Part shown: positions 41,027 through 51,774 of the stretch, piece by piece
How the letters are laid out: every line of letters starts with the position of its first letter
Position numbering within the stretch: position 1 is the first letter of the stretch
Origin: Nitrososphaera sp.
GTDB lineage: Archaea > Thermoproteota > Nitrososphaeria > Nitrososphaerales > Nitrososphaeraceae
NCBI GenBank assembly: GCA_025924355.1
Contig: JAICEE010000001.1
Location: 1 to 57,609, forward strand
DNA: 57,609 bases
Reading direction: 5' to 3'
The notes under the pieces: model-generated
What the model saw: the letters and a program-made list of their open reading frames with translations, nothing else
The model's database searches: none
Told to the model about the DNA's origin: nothing
Translations under genes and position numbers: made by a program

Positions 41027-41436
41027 GGAATAACATAGCCACACAGATATAACAAATTTTCCACATTAGAGCTATGACACAATCTGTAATTATCAAGATA
41101 AGTTTTCTCATCTCCGATAACCCATCATTATACAAAATAACAGAATAACATGACGAAGGGGCGGCGGCCCGTCTAATACAAAGATCATCATCTTACTGCG
41201 CAAGGTTGGATAGGAGTTGCCTATCCTCAATTTTTTTCAATCTGGCACTGTAGAATTTTCAAGGGGAGTATGCCTCTCGATGATTTCTGTTTAAGCTTAG
41301 TATCTTAGTTTGTGCAAAAGATACTCCCTAATGCTGAACAATATGCAGTAATAAATGAAAGGGGGAGCCTGTCGAAAATCTTTATAATAATATCCAACAA
41401 GATTTAATACCTCTCTCTCCTGCGTATTCTGTATAG

Positions 41437-41601
41437 TTGGTAGTATCAGCATCCAGGACCAATAGCAATACATTAACAGCAGCATGTGCCTTTTGCGACG
41501 CAAGAATTCCATTTGGGGAGAGTATTTGTCACGACTGCAGGAAAAAATACAATATCAATTCGTATGATATAGGCAGCGACGGTTGCGGTTGTGATACATA
41601 A
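41437..41601 (+). CDS. 54-aa Cys-rich microprotein (not in ORF track)
   Basis: TTG start; ..ACAFCDARIPFGESICHDCRKKYNINSYDIGSDGCGCDT. Confidence 0.6.
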   Translation: MVVSASRTNSNTLTAACAFCDARIPFGESICHDCRKKYNINSYDIGSDGCGCDT

Positions 41602-42054
41602 GTATTGAAGAGAAGGGGTCAGAAAGTTGGTATGCATAATCATCTAAATCATACAGCCACCACATCTTCATCCCCTGTGCTAAACAATGCTATTTCTATC
41701 CATTATATATTACGTTTTTGATCGAGGGCTTCTATCTTTGTTTTGCATTATTGTGCTTCTTAGACAGAAGGTTACAATTTTAGCCCTTTGACCTCTGTGT
41801 CTTCTGAGGGATGTTGCTCGTTGTCATAATTTAATAAAGAAATATTTGTAAAAATCACTGGCCCAACCAGTACAAGAACTGGTAGCTGTCAGATATATAG
41901 AGGCAAATGTGTAGACGGATGGAAATGCGCAGTTCCGAGTCTTTTTCCTATCCATGAAAAGTTGTATACATTTTTTTCTTCGTTCATCTAAAGTCGATTT
42001 ATGCAATAATCAACCGATATCGACCCACATCCTTTTCTTGCTTTTTAGCAGCGC

Positions 42055-42951
42055 TTGGCAATCATGATGTTGTTTTCGACCTTAGGGTCAGTACCTTCGA
42101 GGGCTCCTTTGGTTTTAATAATCGTTATCTTTCTTTTTGGGAACATACCCCTGGGGAATACCCAACTCCTATCCAATCAACTGGTAACTATGCAGGAGGA
42201 TGATAGCACATCTCAGAGCATGAGTGATAAATTTAATATAACAGTACCGGATGGTTGGGTAATTCAACACGTTTACAGTACTGACACCATCACATTATTG
42301 GAGGAGATGATGCAAGGATCAAGGCTACTAGCACGAATCTGCCTGCAAGATCAGGCAATTGCTAATATTGAGGGAACTTACGACTGCGAAGACTCTGATG
42401 AGAGTATATACATCCAACAATACCCCAATTTAGCCGACCAACCTGAATTTGCGGCTATTGCCAACAGCAATATCAGAAACGAGAATCTTCTAGAATATCT
42501 GATAATGAAGCTTCAGAAGCTTGGTTACAATGAAATTAGCATCCTTAGCAACACAAACATGACGATTAATGTTATCAATAGTGATACAAATAAGACGATA
42601 GTAGCAGTAGTTCCAACCAACCTTGTACAAATGAGATACAACAGTCCCAATTCAACTGACACAAGAGGCTACTTCATGTTAGCCGCAACTAATGCTACAT
42701 CAAACTTAGGAATAATATCAGGATATAGCCTGTCTTATGAGGGTAATGCAGCAACATCGCCATCTAGCTTTCCTCCAGAACCAATTCTGAGCATATTCAA
42801 AAGCTTTGAGTTTGTCAAAGAAGCAAGAGAAGGAGGATTAGCAGCGCTAAATGTAGAAGATAATGATTATGGCAACGAGGCCTTTAATTCAACTAGGAGA
42901 CCAACTCTATATCATGAGGATCCTACTGTCTCCTTCCCCTGGTCTTGGTGA
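42055..42951 (+). CDS. Secreted/surface hypothetical protein
   Basis: Hydrophobic N-terminus, FNITVPDGW, several N-x-S/T sequons, IFKSFEF. Confidence 0.75.
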   Translation: MAIMMLFSTLGSVPSRAPLVLIIVIFLFGNIPLGNTQLLSNQLVTMQEDDSTSQSMSDKFNITVPDGWVIQHVYSTDTITLLEEMMQGSRLLARICLQDQAIANIEGTYDCEDSDESIYIQQYPNLADQPEFAAIANSNIRNENLLEYLIMKLQKLGYNEISILSNTNMTINVINSDTNKTIVAVVPTNLVQMRYNSPNSTDTRGYFMLAATNATSNLGIISGYSLSYEGNAATSPSSFPPEPILSIFKSFEFVKEAREGGLAALNVEDNDYGNEAFNSTRRPTLYHEDPTVSFPWSW

Positions 42952-43396
42952 GCAGATTATCGGTTAAAACGGAGCGGCAGAGCGTCGCAGGCCCCTACTG
43001 TTTTTTAGAGACAGATACCCTAGCGTCTCATTTAACCGCCCGGCTTGTACACATACATCTACACTACTTAGTTCGGCATAATAAGCCAAATATGGTAGAA
43101 GCAATCATGGTTGCACAAGAATGGCAACCTCGTTACCACTAGTAGCTTTCCACCTATATTTATCGAACAAGAGGTCAGAGATATATTAGACGACAATAAT
43201 CTATGATGTTTTATATCGATTCGGCAGAGATTTTCTGTTGATGATTCTGATGGATGTAGGAAACGCATCTACCTTCTCGCCGCTGCACATCGGATCTTGA
43301 TTTCAGGCAGTCAAGAAGTTTTACATCTGAGAAAAGCAAGTAGTGAAATCCATAAAGCTCCTGGAAAGATAAACGCTTGCCATGATGACCATTATC

Positions 43397-43960
43397 TCAA
43401 TAAAATATCGAAGAATTTATTGTCCTATAATGATGATAAATTAATTGTCTTTGTTGATCCTTGGTAAGCCTTAATGAAAAATCATTTTTATGATAGCAGC
43501 AGAATGCTTTTAGTCTTATATCCATCGTTTTTGGTATAGACAGCTCATATTTAACCAGCTCTTTTTCTCTGCCAAATAGAAAGAAAGAACCCAAGTCTGC
43601 TATACAAAAAATACCGCTTTTCGAATCCTTTTGCGATCTGATTGCTAACAACTCTATCAACCTTAACACACCATAAAAATTGGCCCCCTGATATCCTTGA
43701 ACTGAATCTATTATGACAAGGGAACCATTAGATTCGTGTTTTTGCACGTTAATCTCATATTCACTGAGCATATCTCTGACTGTATCAGGGGCTTCATACG
43801 TGGTAACAATAAGCATTATTTCATTGTTCTGTTCTAATGCCTTTTTTGAAAACTTAGTATAAATTTCTCTCAAAGCATAAACGTCCTCGTAAATTATCAT
43901 ATTATGCTCGTTGTAGCAAGAATTTTGCAATTGGTGTTCACTATTCAGGTCAAGAGTCAT
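43397..43960 (-). CDS. Stand-alone MEDS sensory domain protein
   Basis: EHNMIIY, GSLVIIDS, LVKYE, FCCYH..DF, HH at the C-terminus. Confidence 0.8.
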   Translation of the reverse strand: MTLDLNSEHQLQNSCYNEHNMIIYEDVYALREIYTKFSKKALEQNNEIMLIVTTYEAPDTVRDMLSEYEINVQKHESNGSLVIIDSVQGYQGANFYGVLRLIELLAIRSQKDSKSGIFCIADLGSFFLFGREKELVKYELSIPKTMDIRLKAFCCYHKNDFSLRLTKDQQRQLIYHHYRTINSSIFY

Positions 43961-44269
43961 CTTATCGTATCATAGCCAGTAGCTTTACAGCCATGTCTCA
44001 GAACTGCATACGATATGATTTATAGGTATATATTTTGACAGCATAGTGATTCACATTTACTGTATACTCCATCGGTTCAGCAATCATCCGGATGCCTAGA
44101 ATGACAGGTATATGCAGGCAGTCCATAACAAACTAAAATTTTGAGTCTGTATTCATGAAAGGTTAATGACTGACTTTGACTGTCAGTAAGTCTAGCGACT
44201 CTGGCTGCATGTTTTTCAATCTATAGCCAGATGCTGGACAATAGAAGATGTTCTGTATTAATTTGATAT

Positions 44270-44776
44270 TCATTTAGCATCATTAGAAATTTTATCCATG
44301 AGATCTTTGGCTTGGTTTTGTTTTTCTTCAGTTATGTAGACAAGAACAATTCCTTCTAATGGCTGTCCATAGAGAACAGCGGAGCCTTTAGGGGCTATCA
44401 TAAAAAGCGGCAGCGCAAGCATGTCCTCTTCGCCTTTTACTTTCACGACAATTGGGGGAGGTGTTTCTAATGCGATTTGCAAAACGTGAACCGCTTCCTT
44501 TGAAATCGTACCTGCAGGGTTAGTGCATAGCATTTCTTTGGCATGATAATTGATAGGGTGGTCACGCCGAGACCTCCGTTCCATGCCGTCAATGACTGCA
44601 ATGTCAGGCGTTATACCAAAAGATCTCAAGCGTTCGGTGGTTGCATCGCCCACTGTAATTATTTTCCTAGCGCTTTCTAGCATTGATAAGATTTTTTTCT
44701 TGGTTATGTCTTTTTCAGGCACAAGCGTTCCAAAGGGTCTTTTTAGATTATGTTTGTCGATTATATCAGTCGGCAT
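44270..44776 (-). CDS. GTP-dependent dephospho-CoA kinase (DUF359)
   Basis: TVGDAT, PDIAVID, NPAGTI, GEEDML, VLYGQP.EG. Confidence 0.92.
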   Translation of the reverse strand: MPTDIIDKHNLKRPFGTLVPEKDITKKKILSMLESARKIITVGDATTERLRSFGITPDIAVIDGMERRSRRDHPINYHAKEMLCTNPAGTISKEAVHVLQIALETPPPIVVKVKGEEDMLALPLFMIAPKGSAVLYGQPLEGIVLVYITEEKQNQAKDLMDKISNDAK

Positions 44777-45873
44777 TACTCTTTTTTGGCCTGCTCAGTT
44801 GCTTGAGTTTCGGACTGCTCCTGCGCTTTGATTTCCGCAGCTAGGATGCTAATCCTTCCCGCAATCAGCTTTGCAGCTTTTGTAAAGGCATGTGACTGCA
44901 CTGACTCTGGCTCTGAGATTACAGTTGGCTTCCCAACATCACTGCTTTCCCTTATACCTGGATGGAGTGGTATCTCGCCTATGAATGGTAATGCGAAGTC
45001 TTCGCTTATTTTCTTGCCGCCGCCTTTTCCAAACAGAGAGATCTGCTCATTGCAATGTGGACACTGAAGGTAGCTCATGTTTTCGACGACACCGACAATT
45101 GGCACATTGAGCTTGTTGAACATTCCGATCGCCTTGACTGCAACGTTCATTGCGACGTCCTGGGGCGTGGTTACTATGAGAATGCCCGTTATAGGTATCG
45201 TCTGAGCTATTGTCAGAGGCGCGTCGCCTGTGCCGGGCGGGAGATCGATTATCAAATAATCTAGCTCACCCCAGCTCACATCAGTCAAGAATTGTTTGAC
45301 GATGCCAGAAACAATCGGACCCCTGTAAATGCCCGCCTGTTGGGATTGCTCGTAGAAAAAACCCATTGAAATGACCTTGACTCCTTCGATCTCCGGAGGT
45401 TGGATCTTATTATTGACAACTTCTGGCGATGCCCTGAGCCCAAGCATTAAAGGGACACTTGGGCCATAAACATCAGCATCAAGCAATCCAACCTTCGCAC
45501 CAGTTTTGGCTAGTGCAAGCGCAAGGTTTACGGAAACAGTGGTCTTGCCCACTCCGCCCTTCCCGCTTGCAACTGCGATAATATTCTTGACACCCGGCAA
45601 CAACTCATCCATTGAAAGCGACCTACCCTCCATGACCCTAGCAGTGACCCTCATATTCAGATCTTTGACTCCCAGGGATGTCATTGCAGCTCGCACGTCA
45701 CCTTCAATTTCGCTATTGAAGGGGCAAGCAGGCGTCGTTAACTCTAGCGTAAATGCGACGTTCCCGTCCTTTATCGAAAGGTCCTTGATCATACCCATTG
45801 ATACAATGTCTTTGTGAAGCTCAGGATCCACAACTTTCTTGAGTGAGCTGAGAACCTGATCTACAGTTACCAT
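44776..45873 (-). CDS. Mrp/ApbC/NBP35 Fe-S cluster carrier ATPase with N-terminal DUF59 domain
   Basis: DPEL..TTPACP, SGKGGVGKTT, DLPPGTGD, ENMS..CPHC. Confidence 0.95.
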   Translation of the reverse strand: MVTVDQVLSSLKKVVDPELHKDIVSMGMIKDLSIKDGNVAFTLELTTPACPFNSEIEGDVRAAMTSLGVKDLNMRVTARVMEGRSLSMDELLPGVKNIIAVASGKGGVGKTTVSVNLALALAKTGAKVGLLDADVYGPSVPLMLGLRASPEVVNNKIQPPEIEGVKVISMGFFYEQSQQAGIYRGPIVSGIVKQFLTDVSWGELDYLIIDLPPGTGDAPLTIAQTIPITGILIVTTPQDVAMNVAVKAIGMFNKLNVPIVGVVENMSYLQCPHCNEQISLFGKGGGKKISEDFALPFIGEIPLHPGIRESSDVGKPTVISEPESVQSHAFTKAAKLIAGRISILAAEIKAQEQSETQATEQAKKE

Positions 45874-46190
45874 TAGAAAAATTTTGTCTTTACTGTATTT
45901 AAATCATCGTGTTATAGGGAAAATCAACTAATTTTAAAACACTGTTCAAAATTATTTTGGACCATTTCTTATCAAAGGCTAAGAAGTGTCCAATTCATGT
46001 TTTCTGACTGAAATAACACGATTGTATCATTACCGGACGTATGACGGCTGGTTTAGTTAAAGAACAAAAGACTGTTTAATAAGTGTCTAAGAACATATTG
46101 AACAGTCCTACCGGATGTATCAACCTGCAGCTCATGACCTTCAGTTCTTATAACTAGGACATAAGAAAAAGATGGGTCAATTGTGAAAAA

Positions 46191-47108
46191 TTAGGAAGAG
46201 AAGATTTTTCTCACATCTTGAAATCTTTTTCTTAGAGTCACGATACTAATATCACCGGACACAGCTATTTGGGCTTGGCTTACATTCTCTCCTTCTCTTA
46301 GACATGCAGCATAGAGCACGGCTACCGCAAGCGCGTTAGGATCTTTACCGTGTGAAATAGGATCATTCTTGATGGCTGATAGCATCTCTAGTGCACTTCT
46401 GTAGGTCTTCTCACTTACCTTCGCTTTATTGGCTATCTTTGCTAGGTATTTATTTGAGTCGATCACTGGCAACTGAAGCTCAAGGTTCTGCACAAGCAAC
46501 CTATAGCATTTGCCAGCAAATATCGGATCAGTATTGGCTGCTGAAGAAATTTCCTCAAGCGTCCTTGGTACGGAAAGGTCTCTGCAGGCAGCATACATTG
46601 CCGCAACTATGAGGGCTCTAATTGATCGTCCCTTGATTATCCTCTTGTCAAGAGCCTTCCTATAGTTATAGGCTGCTTTCTCGATCAAAGTATCGCTTAA
46701 GGAGAGCTTGTCCTTTATGGTACTCAGTATCGCAAATGCATTTTTCAAGTTGCGGTGGTAACTTCGGTTATTACTTGAGATCTTGTTCCACCTGCGCATT
46801 CTCTGAACTTTGCTTCTCTGCTCAGCGCTTATAGCGACTCCATTTGCGTCTACGTTCGAGTACGAGATGAAAGTAGATAATCCCATGTCATGAAAAGCAA
46901 GTGAAGAGGGCATACCTGTCCTACTCTTGCTTTCCATATCTTCGCCCGAGTAAGACCTCCATTCTGGCCCCATAGATTCAATATTGTCCTTAACGACCAT
47001 GCCACAAGACGAGCAGATGGCTTCGCTTGTTTCAGAATCAAAAACAATTGAAGTACTGTTGCATAAAGAGCAAGCCTCTGCCGGTTCCGATGCAAGTTTG
47101 TAACTCAT
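46191..47108 (-). CDS. tfb: Transcription initiation factor IIB paralogue
   Basis: Zn ribbon CxxC..CxxCG, GPEWR, two cyclin repeats (KGRS, PRTLEEI, GKDP). Confidence 0.95.
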   Translation of the reverse strand: MSYKLASEPAEACSLCNSTSIVFDSETSEAICSSCGMVVKDNIESMGPEWRSYSGEDMESKSRTGMPSSLAFHDMGLSTFISYSNVDANGVAISAEQRSKVQRMRRWNKISSNNRSYHRNLKNAFAILSTIKDKLSLSDTLIEKAAYNYRKALDKRIIKGRSIRALIVAAMYAACRDLSVPRTLEEISSAANTDPIFAGKCYRLLVQNLELQLPVIDSNKYLAKIANKAKVSEKTYRSALEMLSAIKNDPISHGKDPNALAVAVLYAACLREGENVSQAQIAVSGDISIVTLRKRFQDVRKIFSS

Positions 47109-47249
47109 GTTGCAAACGATAGGGGTGGAATTAATTTAAGTCCCATGTATACAATACTATAGGAAACATTGCACTGTACTGCACATCACTACATAAAAGA
47201 ATACTATAACACAGAAACGCTCCATTTAAACGCCTAATCTTCTTTGTAA

Positions 47250-47816
47250 ATGACATACATGACAGTACTTGCGGAGGATGCACGCTCATCATCAATTACG
47301 CGCTCATTTAGATTTGAATCTGACGTGCTGAATGTGCTTGACGAAGAGGCAAAGCGAATGGGGATATCGGTAAACGCGCTTGTAGGCATTATATTGCGTA
47401 GATATGTCGAATTTGCACGCTACCTATCAAAGATAGACATGGTTGTGATAAATCGTGAAGTTCTCACATCTCTCATTGACCTACTGGGTGAAGAAGAACT
47501 TTATAAAATGGGAATAAAGCTAGGGCAAACAGTGCTAGCAGACACAATCATGTTTTGGAAAAAGGAAACCACCGAAAAGGCGGTAATGGAGTACATCGAG
47601 AAAATGGTCTGCAGGTACGGCCATCTTGGCACTTATGACGAGAGGAGGATGCCTGGAGGTCAGATGGCTATAGTGGTACGCCACAGGCTAGGTAAGAATG
47701 GCTCACGCTTTCTTGAGGGTTATCTGCATGAGGGACTTAAGCATACACTAGGCATCGATGCTATCTTCGAGATCACTGACTCGTCAGTCAAATGTGAAAT
47801 TCCTGCTAGAAGGTAG
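47250..47816 (+). CDS. Ribbon-helix-helix DNA-binding protein with C-terminal effector-like domain
   Basis: TRSFRFESDVLNVLDEEAKRMGISVNALVGIILRRY. Confidence 0.75.
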   Translation: MTYMTVLAEDARSSSITRSFRFESDVLNVLDEEAKRMGISVNALVGIILRRYVEFARYLSKIDMVVINREVLTSLIDLLGEEELYKMGIKLGQTVLADTIMFWKKETTEKAVMEYIEKMVCRYGHLGTYDERRMPGGQMAIVVRHRLGKNGSRFLEGYLHEGLKHTLGIDAIFEITDSSVKCEIPARR

Positions 47817-47874
47817 CAAGCCTTCTATAGGACAAAAAGTTCATAATGGCCTCTCCATCTAGATTGCCTGAATT

Positions 47875-48483
47875 ATGTTTGCCATAGTGCATATGAGTGA
47901 TGTTGTTAGAATTCCACCAAATAGGCTCACCCACTCTCTCAATAACGCTGCCGTCCAGATCCTTAAAGAAAAATACGAAAGCATGATCAGTCCCGAAGTT
48001 GGATATGTCATTATGATAACAGATGCCGATCCCAGTTCCGTTGGCAAGCTAGTTGCTGGCGATGGTGCGACATATCACAAAGTCACTTTTAAGGCCCTTG
48101 CATTCTATCCCAAGCTCCAAGAAATAATTGAAGGCGAAGTAGTCGAAATTACTGACTTCGGGGCGTTTGTTAGGATAGGACCTACTGACGCTCTTCTCCA
48201 CCTCTCTCAGATTACTGACGACTATCTTAAAAGCGATGTCAAGCAGGGAGTCATTGTAGCAAATCAGACTGCCAGGTCACTCAAGATCGGTTCTAAGATT
48301 AGAGCAAGGATAACCGCAGTAAGTCTTGGCAAAGGAGCAGGGATGGGCAAAATAGGCATAACGTGCAGACAGCCTTTTCTTGGTGCCGTAGAGTGGGTTG
48401 CTGATGAGATAAAGAAGGCAAAGGCTGGTGGAGAACAACAATCAGCTACTGCAAGGGAGAAAAAAGGAGGAGAAAAGAAGTAG
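47875..48483 (+). CDS. rpo7: RNA polymerase subunit Rpo7 (E')
   Basis: VRIPP, GDGATYH, EGEVVEITDFGAFVRIGP.DALLH.SQ. Confidence 0.96.
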   Translation: MFAIVHMSDVVRIPPNRLTHSLNNAAVQILKEKYESMISPEVGYVIMITDADPSSVGKLVAGDGATYHKVTFKALAFYPKLQEIIEGEVVEITDFGAFVRIGPTDALLHLSQITDDYLKSDVKQGVIVANQTARSLKIGSKIRARITAVSLGKGAGMGKIGITCRQPFLGAVEWVADEIKKAKAGGEQQSATAREKKGGEKK

Positions 48484-48671
48484 TGGTCAAGGAGAAAGCA
48501 TGTAGAAAGTGCAAAGTGATAACAACTGGAAAAGTGTGTCCTAACTGCAAATCAACGGACCTAAGCGCAGACTGGTCAGGCATTATACTAGTTTTTGACG
48601 CAGTAAATTCGCAGGTTGCTAAAACGCTTGACATTGTCACCCCTAACAAATACGCACTTAAGGTCACTTAG
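48483..48671 (+). CDS. spt4: Transcription elongation factor Spt4
   Basis: ACRKC..CPNC..WSG..SQVAK..YALKV; coupled to rpo7. Confidence 0.95.
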   Translation: MVKEKACRKCKVITTGKVCPNCKSTDLSADWSGIILVFDAVNSQVAKTLDIVTPNKYALKVT

Positions 48672-49523
48672 ATGGACGATCTTCAAACATTTCTCAATGT
48701 TAGACATTTACTTGCCAAATTTTTGCAAGAAGATGTCGGTACAGGAGATATTACAAGCGATAAGATAATTCCAGCAGACCTTGAAGCGAAGGCAGAAATC
48801 GTATGCAAGTCACGATTTGCAATTGTATGTGGGCTTGAAGAAGCCTCGATGCTTTTTGATATTTGTGGCTGCAAGAGCGAGATTCTTGTTAACGATGGCT
48901 CAAAAGTAGTAAAGGGAACGGTAGTTATGAATGTGTCAGGCTATGCCAGAGCTATCCTCAAGGCAGAAAGGACAGTGCTTAATATCATAATGAGGATGAG
49001 CGGTATAGCGACTGAGACTTGGCGCATGGTACACCTTGCAAAAGGCGTAACAATACTGGCGACCCGAAAGACAGCACCTGGGCTACGTTATTTTGATAAA
49101 AAGGCAGTAGTTTTAGGTGGTGGAGCCACCCATAGAATGCGCCTAGATGACATGGTCTTAATAAAGGATAATCATCTTGTTCTTGTCTCTGATGTTGGAA
49201 AATGTATTAGGCTTGCCAAGAAAAATCTTGGCTCGTCGATAAAGGTTGAATGCGAAGCAAGGACCAAGCAAGAAGCATTAGCAGTAGTTGCAGCCAAAGC
49301 AGATGCTGTCATGCTGGACAATTTTACTCCAAAACAAGCTCAACAGACTATCCGTCAGATAAGCAAAATGGGACTCCGAAACAAGGTAAAAATTGAGCTT
49401 TCAGGGGGCATCAATGAAAAGAATATCAGACATTACTCCAGTACCAAACCTGACTTTATTTCGCTTGGCTACATTACACACTCATCTAGGGCAATTGATT
49501 TCAGCCTTGAGATTATGAAATAG
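48672..49523 (+). CDS. nadC: Nicotinate-nucleotide pyrophosphorylase (carboxylating)
   Basis: EDVG.GDITS, MSGIAT, TRKTAPG, HRMRLDD..LIKDNH, MLDN, SGGI. Confidence 0.96.
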   Translation: MDDLQTFLNVRHLLAKFLQEDVGTGDITSDKIIPADLEAKAEIVCKSRFAIVCGLEEASMLFDICGCKSEILVNDGSKVVKGTVVMNVSGYARAILKAERTVLNIIMRMSGIATETWRMVHLAKGVTILATRKTAPGLRYFDKKAVVLGGGATHRMRLDDMVLIKDNHLVLVSDVGKCIRLAKKNLGSSIKVECEARTKQEALAVVAAKADAVMLDNFTPKQAQQTIRQISKMGLRNKVKIELSGGINEKNIRHYSSTKPDFISLGYITHSSRAIDFSLEIMK

Positions 49524-50478
49524 CTAGCATTCGATCAATTGCAACTCGCGCCTTCTGTGCAGTCTGCTTTGGTACCTTTACTTCATAGATATCTTTCGTC
49601 AATGAATTGTAAACCTTTTCTAAAGTGATCTTTTTCATGTACTTGCACGACGCATCAGACTTGATAGGTATGAACTCCTTCTCGGGGTTCTCCTTCTGCA
49701 TGCGATACAAAATCCCGGTTTCAGTAGCTACTAGGAATTGCTTTGTAGCAGATGCTCTTGCGTGTTTCATCATACCTTCAGTTGAAAGTATGTGGGCGTT
49801 CTTTGCCAAGTCGTCCCTTGATATGTGATATAACACTGAAGAAGTACAACTACATTCTGGATGAACTAGAAAGTCAGCATTTTTGAAGGTTGCGAACATC
49901 TTGTTAAGGTCATCTGCCTTGATACCAGCATGAACATGGCATTCACCAGGCCAAATGTACATGTTCTTTCTCTTGGTTGTTTCTGCGACGTAAGAACCTA
50001 GAAACAGGTCAGGCAGAAACAATACTTCTTTGTCTTTAGGAATGCTGTTTACCACATTCGCCGCATTTGAGGACGTGCAGCAATAGTCAGATAAGGCCTT
50101 TATTTCGGCAGTTGTGTTGACATAGCTTACAATTAATGCGTTGGGGTGCTCTGCTTTCCAAGCTTGCAACTCCTTAGCGTTAATTGTGGATGCAAGTGAA
50201 CATCCAGCCTCAAGGTCCGGTATGAGGACTTTTTTATCTGGACACAGAATCGAGGCTGTCTCAGCCATAAAGTGGACTCCACAGAATAAAATTATGTCCG
50301 ATTCTGTAGTGGCTGCCTTCTTGGATAATGCAAGCGAGTCACCTATAAAGTCAGCTATGTCTTGCACCTCGGGAAGCTGGTAATTGTGCGCCAGAACCAA
50401 GGCATTTCTTTGTTTCTTTAGTTCAAGGACACGATGCTTGTAGTCTAGGTCTAACATTGTCATTGCAGCTGATAACAT
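49513..50478 (-). CDS. nadA: Quinolinate synthase
   Basis: AHNYQ, GDS, CGVHFMAE, AGCSLA, CHVH, HPEC, CKYMK. Confidence 0.96.
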   Translation of the reverse strand: MLSAAMTMLDLDYKHRVLELKKQRNALVLAHNYQLPEVQDIADFIGDSLALSKKAATTESDIILFCGVHFMAETASILCPDKKVLIPDLEAGCSLASTINAKELQAWKAEHPNALIVSYVNTTAEIKALSDYCCTSSNAANVVNSIPKDKEVLFLPDLFLGSYVAETTKRKNMYIWPGECHVHAGIKADDLNKMFATFKNADFLVHPECSCTSSVLYHISRDDLAKNAHILSTEGMMKHARASATKQFLVATETGILYRMQKENPEKEFIPIKSDASCKYMKKITLEKVYNSLTKDIYEVKVPKQTAQKARVAIDRMLAIS

Positions 50479-50666
50479 GAGAGATTAGAGAGCGTCTACA
50501 TTTAAAGTAGTATAATGGAGGACAACACTGCCTTCAAAATTGAAATTTAAGGCAATACTTGCCACCATCCCAAGCAAATATAGACCATTTGCGTCAGTCG
50601 GGCTTTAGTAAGGGTTGTCATGCATACAAATATAAATATTGTTACATAATTAGACAATCGAGACAA

Positions 50667-50849
50667 ATGCCAACACACGGATCCCTTACAAAAGCTGGGA
50701 AGGTAAGAGGTCAGACACCAAAGATTCAAGGCAAGCCGCGATTAAGACCTATTGCTAAACTTCGTAATAAAGACAATTTTATAAAGCGATTTGAAAAGAA
50801 GAGGCTTCCAGGCCAAAAGAAACCAGAGCGGCGCGGGGGCAGAAGGTAA
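50667..50849 (+). CDS. rps30e: 30S ribosomal protein S30e
   Basis: [20 protein letters not shown]; start at the internal ATG 50667. Confidence 0.95.
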   Translation: MPTHGSLTKAGKVRGQTPKIQGKPRLRPIAKLRNKDNFIKRFEKKRLPGQKKPERRGGRR

Positions 50850-50885
50850 AAATCTCCTCTTCGATATCATCTATCTTAGTCACGA

Positions 50886-51722
50886 TTGATGCCAAAGAAA
50901 AATGTTGGGCTGATAGGTTGCGGTACCATTGGAACACATCTAGCTTTGGCCATAGAATCCCGCCGCATAGCAAATGCCTCGCTTATAGGATTGTTTGATC
51001 TTGTCGATAGCAATGCTAAGAGTCTAAAGTCAAAGCTGAAGAGTAGCCCTGAAGTTCATCCTGATTTTAAAAGCTTAATTGATTCTTCGGCAGACATCGT
51101 AATAGAGGCAGCCTCGCAGGAGGCTGTCAGAAAATTTGGTAAGCCGATAATTCAGGCTGGCAAAGACCTAATGATAATGAGCGTGGGTGCCCTCGCCGAT
51201 ACAACCTATTTAGCGGAATTGCTGGACGAAGATGCCATAAAGAAAGGCCGCAGCAAGATATATGTGCCAACTGGAGCAATAGCGGGCATTGACGCAATAC
51301 GTAGCGTCAAACACCTTCTGGATTCCGTTACCCTCACAACCACGAAAAGTCCAAAAGCGCTTGCCGGTGCCCCATTTTTTGCAACAAGAGAGGTTAATCT
51401 TGAGATGTTAACGAAGGTCACAGAAATCTATGGGGGCCCAGCTGCAGAAGCTGTCAAGTTGTTCCCTGCAAATGTCAATGTTGCTGCAGTACTGAGTCTT
51501 GCCGGCCTAGGTGCTGATAAAACCAAGGTTCGAGTGCTAGTAGATCCCCATACCACTACCAACCAGCACGAAATTGTGGCAACCGGTAGATTTGGTGAAA
51601 TCAAAATTACTGTCAACAATGTAACAACTCCTGGAAACCCTAAGACGAGTTTTCTTGCTGTCCTTTCAGCAATAGAATGTCTGCGTTCGATATGTGACGA
51701 TGCCCTAAGGATAGGCTCATAG
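50886..51722 (+). CDS. nadX: L-aspartate dehydrogenase
   Basis: GCGTIG, EAAS, SVGAL, GAIAGID, FPANVNVA, NPKTS; clustered with nadA and nadC. Confidence 0.94.
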   Translation: MMPKKNVGLIGCGTIGTHLALAIESRRIANASLIGLFDLVDSNAKSLKSKLKSSPEVHPDFKSLIDSSADIVIEAASQEAVRKFGKPIIQAGKDLMIMSVGALADTTYLAELLDEDAIKKGRSKIYVPTGAIAGIDAIRSVKHLLDSVTLTTTKSPKALAGAPFFATREVNLEMLTKVTEIYGGPAAEAVKLFPANVNVAAVLSLAGLGADKTKVRVLVDPHTTTNQHEIVATGRFGEIKITVNNVTTPGNPKTSFLAVLSAIECLRSICDDALRIGS

Positions 51723-51774
51723 TAGTTATCCCCTTCTTAGTTTATATTGGGTTTAGACTTGAGCAATCCCAAAG

